From Spirochaetia bacterium (GTDB taxonomy: Bacteria > Spirochaetota > Spirochaetia > DSM-2461), in contig OY764216.1 of assembly GCA_963668315.1 (NCBI GenBank), positions 320,001 through 384,000 on the forward strand: a stretch of 64,000 nucleotides of DNA, given 5' to 3'. Positions 57,010-64,000 of the stretch are shown one piece after another. Below the pieces are notes generated by a model, which ran no database searches, was not told the origin of the DNA, and saw only the letters and a program-made list of their open reading frames with translations. The position numbers and the translations under genes were made by a program. Within the stretch, counting starts at the first letter, position 1. Every line of letters starts with the position of its first letter.

Positions 57010-57972
57010 CTAATAGCTGAATCGATAGGTAAAGCGTCCTTTGATGGGTTCATCCGTCTTACTGTAGTAAGAGGATTGTTCAAAGGCAAAAAGAACCGCC
57101 TCATCAATATCTTCGTAGCCGGAAGATCTGACCAGTTCCAGATTGTCCAGTTTATTCGCGACAGTGCTACCCGAAGGTATTACGGAAAAATTAATCGTCA
57201 CAGGCAGGAGCGTCCGGGTTGTTTTATACTCGGGAGAACGCATGTCATAGCCGGCTCTTTCGAGAATAGCCCATAGATCAGGCCTCTCCATCATGGGGAC
57301 CGGCCTGGAAAGCTCCAGCACTCCCCCGGCCTTTTTATCGTAGTATTTCAGCAGAAGAGTTCTGTTCTGTTCCGCCGTATAAAGATCGAAGGCATCGGGC
57401 TGCACCGAATTCAAAAGGCTTTCCAGACCGCCGTCTGCGGTAATAATCTTCTCGATGGTACGGGGCAGAGGCATATACTGGGCAATGGGGACCCATAAAC
57501 TGCGGCCGATCTCTCCCCCTTCGCTGTTCAGCTCGTAATTATTGCCCTTATCGCTTCCCCTTATCGGTTCAGGGGGGGCTGGCGGCGCGGTTTTTACTGC
57601 CGGCTTTTCAGAAGGCGTCGGCTCGGGAGTATCGGGAGTTACCTTTTCAGCGGGAAGAGTCGGCTCTACCGCGGGTTGCTCCACGGGAGCTATCTCGGGC
57701 TCCGGTTCAGTCTGGGGCTGAGTTTCTTCCGGTTCGGGAGGAGTTTCCTCGGGTGTCTCCCGGGGAGGAACGGGCTGCGGCACGTCTGCTCCTTCCGGTT
57801 CGCCGAGCCGGATGAGAACCGGTCCCTGGCTCATGCTGATATCCTTTCTTACAAAATGCTCCCAGGCCCAGTAACCCGAAATCAGGATAAGGTAAATGAG
57901 GAGAGCCGATCCCCAGGAGGTCAAGGTTCGTTTTCGATTTTCCCTGCGGACATATTCCGATTCCCTGGCCAT
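57010..57972 (-). CDS. TonB-like energy transducer
   Basis: N-terminal TM, Pro/Glu-rich linker, C-terminal SSG...ID.AV..A. Follows exbBD. Confidence 0.75.
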   Translation of the reverse strand: MARESEYVRRENRKRTLTSWGSALLIYLILISGYWAWEHFVRKDISMSQGPVLIRLGEPEGADVPQPVPPRETPEETPPEPEETQPQTEPEPEIAPVEQPAVEPTLPAEKVTPDTPEPTPSEKPAVKTAPPAPPEPIRGSDKGNNYELNSEGGEIGRSLWVPIAQYMPLPRTIEKIITADGGLESLLNSVQPDAFDLYTAEQNRTLLLKYYDKKAGGVLELSRPVPMMERPDLWAILERAGYDMRSPEYKTTRTLLPVTINFSVIPSGSTVANKLDNLELVRSSGYEDIDEAVLFAFEQSSYYSKTDEPIKGRFTYRFSY

Positions 57973-57976
57973 GATT

Positions 57977-58384
57977 TTACTCCGGGGGAAGGGTAATCAG
58001 ATTTGCCGCGGCGATTTCCCGAGCTCTCAGCATATCAAGAATCTGTATAAGCAGTTGGTAAGGAGCGTCGCTGTCCCCTTCCACAATTACCGGCTTTTCC
58101 TGATCCCTGAGGATGGGCGCCAGATTGTCCAGTTCTTCCTCAAGGGACGAAAGGGAGTGGAGATCTTCATTCAAATAGATCTCATCCTCGGAAACGAAGG
58201 TAATGCGCACCTGATCCACTTTGACGGAAACGGCCGTGGAGGACTCCGGCAGATTAAGCTCTATACCGGGGGCCGTATTGAAGGTGGTGGAGATCATAAA
58301 GAAAATCACCAGCTGGAATACCACGTCAATCAGCGGAGTAAGGTCAAGAGAGATCTGCGGCTTTAGTCGCCTGGCCAGTCTCAT
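57977..58384 (-). CDS. exbD: ExbD/TolR biopolymer transporter
   Basis: LTPLIDVVFQL.IFFM, LP.S, V.V.GD...PY. Confidence 0.92.
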   Translation of the reverse strand: MRLARRLKPQISLDLTPLIDVVFQLVIFFMISTTFNTAPGIELNLPESSTAVSVKVDQVRITFVSEDEIYLNEDLHSLSSLEEELDNLAPILRDQEKPVIVEGDSDAPYQLLIQILDMLRAREIAAANLITLPPE

Positions 58385-59088
58385 ATCTCGGAACCTCCCT
58401 TACGGGGCTCGCCGGTAACGGGCCTTTCGGGGCGGACCGGCCGGGACGCCGCCTGCCTCTGAGCGGTACGCCGTGATTCGGCGGCACCGGCATCCTTGAG
58501 CAGGAGAATCATGTCGTTTACCTGATTCTCCATCTTTACGAGGATATTATTGATTTTCGTCACGAAAAAATTGTAGAAGATGACAGCCGGAATGGAGACG
58601 ATTAAACCGGCGGCCGTGGTGATAAGCGCTTCGGAAATACCCCGGGCCAGAACGGAAGGATCACTGACCGAACCGAAAGACCCCAGAACCCCGAAGGCAT
58701 TGATATTACCGGTTACCGTACCCAGAAGCCCCAGAAGAGGGGAAATGTGGGCGATAGTTCCCAGATTGGACAGATTTTTCTCGAGCAGAGGAGTCTGCTG
58801 GCTGGCAGCGTCCTTCAGGGTTTCCTTGAGGGCATAGGGCTCTTCCTCCCTGTGCTCAATCGCAGCTTTCATGATCCCCGTGATGGGAGAGAGATTGCTT
58901 TCGCACATGAACAGGGCTTCGTCGAAATGCCCCTTTTCCAGGGCCGCCTTGACGCGCAGGAACAGCTTCTCCTCATCAACCTTGATTTTTCTCAGGTAAA
59001 GAATACGCTCGATAATGATGACAAGGGCCAAAAATGACAGGCCTATGATGATCCATAAAATAGGGCCGCCCTTCTGCAGCAAATCCAT
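58381..59088 (-). CDS. exbB: ExbB/MotA/TolQ proton channel
   Basis: PLLGLLGTV.G, GISEALITTAAGL.V.IPA. ATG 59088 with GAGGAGG SD. Confidence 0.92.
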   Translation of the reverse strand: MDLLQKGGPILWIIIGLSFLALVIIIERILYLRKIKVDEEKLFLRVKAALEKGHFDEALFMCESNLSPITGIMKAAIEHREEEPYALKETLKDAASQQTPLLEKNLSNLGTIAHISPLLGLLGTVTGNINAFGVLGSFGSVSDPSVLARGISEALITTAAGLIVSIPAVIFYNFFVTKINNILVKMENQVNDMILLLKDAGAAESRRTAQRQAASRPVRPERPVTGEPRKGGSEI

Positions 59089-59194
59089 GGAAACCTCCTC
59101 AAATGGAAAATCGGGCCGCCCGGAAGGAACGGGCCGATCCACTAAACTAAGATAGCACAGTTTAACCAGGGAAACAATATGGCCTATCTCAAGG

Positions 59195-60259
59195 TTACAG
59201 CCATTTCTTCCTTTTAAACACAAACAGCATGGCGCCGGCCAGGGCGAGAATAATCCCCCACAGCATAAGGTAGCCATACCGGAAATGAAGCTCCGGAATA
59301 TAATCAAAGTTGGTCCCGTATATTCCTGCAATAAAGGTAAGGGGGATGAAAATAACGGAGAAGATGGTCAGGATCTTCATGATATCATTCAGCCGGTTTC
59401 CGATGAGGGAATTATATGTATCGAGCTGCTCCGACAGCATTTCCCGGTAGGTATCGATTGCTTCGGAAACCTGCCGTATATTCGCAAAAAGATCATTGAT
59501 GAAAGGTTCAGTGCTCTCCCGGATGAGGGGATTTTCGCATTTGGTCAGGAACTGAACGGCCTCGATGACGGGTCTGATCGTTTTTCTCAGATAGATAATC
59601 TCCCGCTTCAGCATGATGATTCTTTCCATAACTTCAGGAGTGGCATTAACCAGAAGCGCCTCTTCGTTATTTTCGATCTGTTCCCCGATTCTCTCGACGA
59701 TTGAGATATAATTATCGATAATGGAATCCATCATGCAGTAAGCCAGATAATCCAGACCGGCGGTCCTGATCCTTCCTTTTCCCGCCCGTAATCTTTCCCT
59801 TATCGGATCAAAGACATCCCCGGGATACTCCTGAAAGGTAAGAAGTATGTCATCCCTGAGTATCATACTGAACTGTTCCGACATGACTTTCTTATCCGAT
59901 TCGCTGTAGCGGAGCATCTTCAGGACGAAAAATATCCCCCCCTCAATCTCCTCTATCTTGGGCCTGAGGGCCGTATTCACGATATCCGCCATGACAAGAG
60001 GATGAAGTTCAAAACGCTCTTCTATTCTGTCCATCCGGTTTAAATCATGAAGTCCGTCGAAATTCAGCCAGAGGCTTGTGGAGGGATTTTCAAGATCCTT
60101 ATCGGCGGGAAGATCGCTCCATACATCTTCGCGTATCCCCTTCTCGCTGTAATCTATCAGAGAGGTCCTGATCTCTTCCTTGTCATGGGAGCCGATAAAG
60201 ACAAGCTCCCCCGGTTTTCTGCCCAGTCCCTGAGTCCTGCTTTTGAAATATCTCGCCAT
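59195..60259 (-). CDS. corA: CorA-family Mg/Co transporter
   Basis: LHPL...DI.....RPK, N.IMK.LT....IF.PLTFIAGIYGTNF..IPEL. Confidence 0.93.
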   Translation of the reverse strand: MARYFKSRTQGLGRKPGELVFIGSHDKEEIRTSLIDYSEKGIREDVWSDLPADKDLENPSTSLWLNFDGLHDLNRMDRIEERFELHPLVMADIVNTALRPKIEEIEGGIFFVLKMLRYSESDKKVMSEQFSMILRDDILLTFQEYPGDVFDPIRERLRAGKGRIRTAGLDYLAYCMMDSIIDNYISIVERIGEQIENNEEALLVNATPEVMERIIMLKREIIYLRKTIRPVIEAVQFLTKCENPLIRESTEPFINDLFANIRQVSEAIDTYREMLSEQLDTYNSLIGNRLNDIMKILTIFSVIFIPLTFIAGIYGTNFDYIPELHFRYGYLMLWGIILALAGAMLFVFKRKKWL

Positions 60260-60275
60260 GATAATCCCTCCTTCA

Positions 60276-61598
60276 CTAGGGAACGGGCGGAGCGGAGAAG
60301 TTTCTTAATCCGTCCGAGCGGGAAAGGTGAACCCAGTCCTCCCCGTAAGTATGGAGGAAGACTTCCAGAGAGGTCCATTCCCCCGATTGAAAAACGTCGC
60401 AGATAAAATCCCCCTCCCCGGAAAAACGGGGAACAAAAAGGGCTGTATGGAAATACTGCCACAGGGTGACGCTCTCTCCTTCGGGAAGCCAGGGGGAACT
60501 CACGGCGCCCCAGTATATACGCCCCGGGCGGTCCACGGCCAGAAGATAAAGAATCGTATCAAGATCTTCCGCCGGATAGCCCACATCGGCTTTATAATCA
60601 TAAAAGGGAACCCTGTCCACATCCATCTCGCCGTAATCCGTATCGATTCCCGTAAAGGCCTTTCGCAGCCGGCTGGCAATATTCCTGGTCCAGTCCAGTC
60701 CGAATCGGGGATCGCGGTAGCCGAAATTTCTGTCCCAGGAACTCTCTTTATCCCGCCAGGTTTCGGGCAGGTATAACAGATCGGCAAATGTCAGATAATT
60801 TCCCTCTCCGTAGGGGGCTTTGGCATAGAAGCCGTCGGCCACCCACTTGAGAAATCCGGAGCAATTGACCCCGACCGGCTGGACGGTCTGCGGCAGACCG
60901 GTCTCGATATAGACCCAGTCACCCTGTTCATCCATAGCCCCGTCATCGGCGTAATCCAGCCGGGCTGTTCCCTTCTCCAGTTCGAAACTCAGATTCCCCA
61001 ATATCCGCCACTCTTCATAGGAGCAGTCTGTGAGCAGACCGTTCCAGTCAATAATATTTTCCGTTATGGAAAGAATCCGGGCGAAGGGACTTAAGACCAG
61101 CTCGTCAAAGGCGACGGAAAGGGGGATGTTTTCATAGATGCGGCGGCCGTACAGATAAATATCCAGGTAGGAGCGTCCTTCGCCGGGAAACAGGCGGACA
61201 AAGGTATCCGCATCGTTCTGAAGAAAGATCTTTGCCTGAACAAAATCCCCCGTCCTGATATCTCTCTTAATGACCCAGTTTCCCCGGCCCATGGTGGGGA
61301 ACTTCCCGTCACGCTCGTTGAGAAAGAGCATATAGAAGGACGTTTCCGCCCTTCGAAGCTCAAACTTCACATCCCTTTCCGACACGACCTGACCGGAGAC
61401 AGCAGCGGGAACATGCATAACCGTATAGTAGGGGGCCATGATGCTTTCGGAGTATTTTTGGCGGATTTCCCAGTTCTCCGTGAAACCTGCCTGCGTCAGT
61501 TTCTCCTCATATTCATCCAGGGAAGACTGCGCTCCCAGGGAAAAAAAAGCCAGAAGAGTCAGCAGGACAGGCAGCAGGGGAAATCCCTTCACGGTCAA
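60276..61598 (-). CDS. Hypothetical exported protein
   Basis: Signal peptide. G.NCSGF.KW and H motifs are loosely NlpC/P60-like. Start overlaps the der stop. Confidence 0.7.
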   Translation of the reverse strand: MTVKGFPLLPVLLTLLAFFSLGAQSSLDEYEEKLTQAGFTENWEIRQKYSESIMAPYYTVMHVPAAVSGQVVSERDVKFELRRAETSFYMLFLNERDGKFPTMGRGNWVIKRDIRTGDFVQAKIFLQNDADTFVRLFPGEGRSYLDIYLYGRRIYENIPLSVAFDELVLSPFARILSITENIIDWNGLLTDCSYEEWRILGNLSFELEKGTARLDYADDGAMDEQGDWVYIETGLPQTVQPVGVNCSGFLKWVADGFYAKAPYGEGNYLTFADLLYLPETWRDKESSWDRNFGYRDPRFGLDWTRNIASRLRKAFTGIDTDYGEMDVDRVPFYDYKADVGYPAEDLDTILYLLAVDRPGRIYWGAVSSPWLPEGESVTLWQYFHTALFVPRFSGEGDFICDVFQSGEWTSLEVFLHTYGEDWVHLSRSDGLRNFSAPPVP

Positions 61599-62947
61599 TA
61601 CTCCTTTTTCGCGCTCTGCTTCAATTCCATCTCAATGGGAACTGAAGAGAACCGAAACTCCTTGCGGATCTGATTCTGAATATAGCGCGTATAGGACTCG
61701 GGGAAGCTCTCCTTCCTGTTCACAAAAAGCAGGAAATGGGGAGGCGCCGTATCAACCTGTGTCAGATATTTCACCTTCAGAGCTCTTCCCGAAACATAGG
61801 GAAGGGGATTGTAATCCACCCACTCCCTGAGGGCCTCATTGAGCTGGGCGGTGTTGATGCGCTGATTCATCTGCTTCTGAACGGACACAACGGCATTGAG
61901 AAGGGCATCGAGATTCGTGCCGTCCTTCGCCGAGATATTCACCAGGGGAGCAAAGGACAGAACCGGGAAGAGAAAGCGGACCTTATCCTCCAGTTCTTCA
62001 ATCCTCTCCTTGTCGCCTTTCATTTCATCGATCTTGTTCAGGGCCATGACAACACCGGTCCCTTTTTTCACGATCTGGGCGGTGATTTTCTTATCCTGCT
62101 CGGTAAGGCCTTCCAGGGAATCCATAAGAAGAACGACCACATCGGCTTCCTCGATGGTTTTCAGGGCTCTGTTGACCGAGTAATACTCAACATTCTCCTT
62201 AACCATCTTCTTGCGGCGGATTCCCGCGGTGTCTATCAGACGCACGCTTTTGCCCTTATACCGGAAATACCCGTCGATAATGTCACGGGTCGTACCGGCG
62301 ATGGGAGAAACGAGAGCTCGCTCATCCTTCAGAAGACGGTTGAGCAGGGTCGATTTTCCCGCATTGGGCTTTCCCAGTATGGCGATAGTCAGATCGGGAA
62401 TGATCTCGGCCCTTTCCTTGCCCTCCTTGGCCAGCTCGTTAAGCCGCTTGACCATGGTCTCTTTCAGTTCGGCCAGATTTCTGTTGTGGGCGGCGGAGAC
62501 ACCGATGACATGCTCGAATCCAAGGGAATAGAATTCCCAGACCAGGGGCTCCTTCTCGGGAGTATCCACCTTATTCACCACAATGATAAGCCGATCCGTG
62601 TAGGGACGGACCATCTTGACCATGGCTTCGTCTTCGGCGGTCATTTCACCCGCCTCCAGTACGAGCAGTATCAGGGAAGCCCTGTCCAGCTGCTCCACGC
62701 TGCGTTCCGCCACGATGCTGTCAAAACGGTCATCCCGCTCCAGTTTATAGCCACCCGTATCAACGAGCAGCACATCCTTACCGGCGACGGTACAAGCTTC
62801 CTCTATCGCATCCCTCGTCACACCGGGGGTCGGATCCGTTATGGATCTTCTTTTTCCGTACAGCCGGTTGAAAAGGGTTGATTTCCCCACATTGGGTCTG
62901 CCGACTACAGCGACGACCGGTAGGGTTCTGTTATCCTGAATTGCCAA
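61595..62947 (-). CDS. der: Ribosome biogenesis GTPase Der (EngA)
   Basis: Two G domains (GRPNVGKS..GVTRD..DTGG..NKVD and GKPNAGKS..GTTRD..DTAG..NKID) plus a KH-like tail. Confidence 0.97.
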   Translation of the reverse strand: MAIQDNRTLPVVAVVGRPNVGKSTLFNRLYGKRRSITDPTPGVTRDAIEEACTVAGKDVLLVDTGGYKLERDDRFDSIVAERSVEQLDRASLILLVLEAGEMTAEDEAMVKMVRPYTDRLIIVVNKVDTPEKEPLVWEFYSLGFEHVIGVSAAHNRNLAELKETMVKRLNELAKEGKERAEIIPDLTIAILGKPNAGKSTLLNRLLKDERALVSPIAGTTRDIIDGYFRYKGKSVRLIDTAGIRRKKMVKENVEYYSVNRALKTIEEADVVVLLMDSLEGLTEQDKKITAQIVKKGTGVVMALNKIDEMKGDKERIEELEDKVRFLFPVLSFAPLVNISAKDGTNLDALLNAVVSVQKQMNQRINTAQLNEALREWVDYNPLPYVSGRALKVKYLTQVDTAPPHFLLFVNRKESFPESYTRYIQNQIRKEFRFSSVPIEMELKQSAKKEY

Positions 62948-64000
62948 ATCTTTTCTCCATCCAGAGCCGGGTAAAATCGTTAATTTCTTTGTATGAGTGC
63001 ATTTCGAGTATCATACCCAGCAGTTCTTCCGACTCCGTAATGGATACGGACCGGATAATTTTCTTAATCTCCGGCAAACTATAAGCGCTCATACTGATTT
63101 CGTCCAGCCCTAAGCCCAGCAGAATCGCCGTATAAAGCGGCTCTCCTCCCATCTCACCGCATAGACTGACCGGAATGCCGTGCTTATGGGCGTTCTGAAC
63201 CACCATGTGTATCATACGGATCAGACCCGGATGAAGGGGCTGATACATGTGAGCGACCTTTTCATTACCCCGGTCTATCGCAATGGAGTACTGAATCAGG
63301 TCATTCGTTCCGATGGAGAGAAAATCCGCCTTCTCCGCCAGAATATCCGATGTCATGGCCGCCGAGGGCACTTCAATCATGAGCCCGATAGGAAGGGATC
63401 CGTTAAAGGGAATGCCCTCTTCGGTCAGCTCTTTCTTAACCTCATCCACACGGTGCAGGGCTTCTTCGAACTCCTCTATGCCAGATATCATGGGAAACAT
63501 GATTTTCAGATTACCGTAGTGGGACGCTCTGAGAAGGGCCCTTATCTGGGTGTGGAAGATATCCTTTTTTTCCAGGCAGAAGCGGATGGCCCGCCAGCCG
63601 AGAAGCGGATTGGATTCGTTCATAGACTCTATCTCGGAAATGAGCTTGTCACCCCCTACATCCAGAGTCCTTATGGTTACCGATCTGTCCCCCATGGATT
63701 CAAGGACTTCCCGGTAGGCCTGAAACTGAGCCTCCTCGCTCGCCGTTTCCCGGCGGTTCATAAAGAGGAATTCGCTTCGGAAGAGCCCGACCCCTTCGGC
63801 GTTCATGTTCAGTACCTGATCGGTCTCGGCGGGAAATTCAATATTGGCATTCAGGCGGATGAGCTTCCCGTCGGTCGTTTCGGCGGGAAGATCGGTGATG
63901 TTGAAAAGCTGGGACTCCTTCTTCTCAAAGAGGGTTCGCTTGTTTCTGTAAAGCCCCAGGGTGTGCTCATCCGGGTCAATGATGACCAGCCCTTCGATTC
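62931..64000 (-). CDS. ptsP: PTS enzyme I (5' part outside the window)
   Basis: GVGLFRSEF, IRTLD.GGDK, E.NP.LGWRAIR, MIEVP, SIGTNDL.QY, CGEM. The frame stays open to the window edge. Confidence 0.97.
   Translation of the reverse strand, partial: IEGLVIIDPDEHTLGLYRNKRTLFEKKESQLFNITDLPAETTDGKLIRLNANIEFPAETDQVLNMNAEGVGLFRSEFLFMNRRETASEEAQFQAYREVLESMGDRSVTIRTLDVGGDKLISEIESMNESNPLLGWRAIRFCLEKKDIFHTQIRALLRASHYGNLKIMFPMISGIEEFEEALHRVDEVKKELTEEGIPFNGSLPIGLMIEVPSAAMTSDILAEKADFLSIGTNDLIQYSIAIDRGNEKVAHMYQPLHPGLIRMIHMVVQNAHKHGIPVSLCGEMGGEPLYTAILLGLGLDEISMSAYSLPEIKKIIRSVSITESEELLGMILEMHSYKEINDFTRLWMEKRFGNSG

Noticed and set aside
58381..59331. Extended N-termini in the ORF track (exbB from 59331; also 2978, 12932, 13783, 23023, 31790, 31841, 42164)
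   Set aside because: The extensions overlap neighbouring genes or promoters. Downstream starts have better SD or promoter support and match family N-termini.
6311..62881. Long antisense ORFs (e.g. 6311-7711, 8924-9877, 27609-28649, 36472-37887, 49352-50296, 61736-62881)
   Set aside because: These are shadows of well-supported genes on the opposite strand, with no recognisable motifs.

Overview
This is a gene-dense chromosomal segment, most likely from a free-living spirochaete (inferred from the LIC_12708-like lipoprotein, spirochaete-style LysM and HDOD proteins, and lipoprotein signal peptides). About 55 CDSs are supported. Housekeeping genes include murE, der, ptsP, corA, exbBD-tonB, ppiC, paaK, aspartate kinase, a HisJ-type phosphatase, a Lon-like protease and a SNF2 helicase. 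There are also three type IV ABC exporter subunits, a ZnuACB-type metal importer, three GGDEF proteins, an MCP, several regulators and one IS1-like transposase gene. No rRNA, tRNA, CRISPR array or prophage is visible. The best candidates for undescribed biology are regulatory. (1) An 88-aa ribbon-helix-helix protein with a Cys/His-rich tail sits next to znuACB, whose promoter carries a perfect 8-1-8 palindrome, suggesting a Zur-independent zinc-uptake repressor. (2) A ~115-nt minus-strand small RNA at ~4790-4904 carries an exposed anti-Shine-Dalgarno plus anti-start-codon tract. (3) A membrane protein has two copies of a Cys-containing OmpR-like winged-helix domain and is coupled to a membrane partner, with a lipoprotein gene downstream. 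(4) Many genes appear to be transcribed as leaderless mRNAs. All product calls come from motif recognition by eye; no database searches were run.
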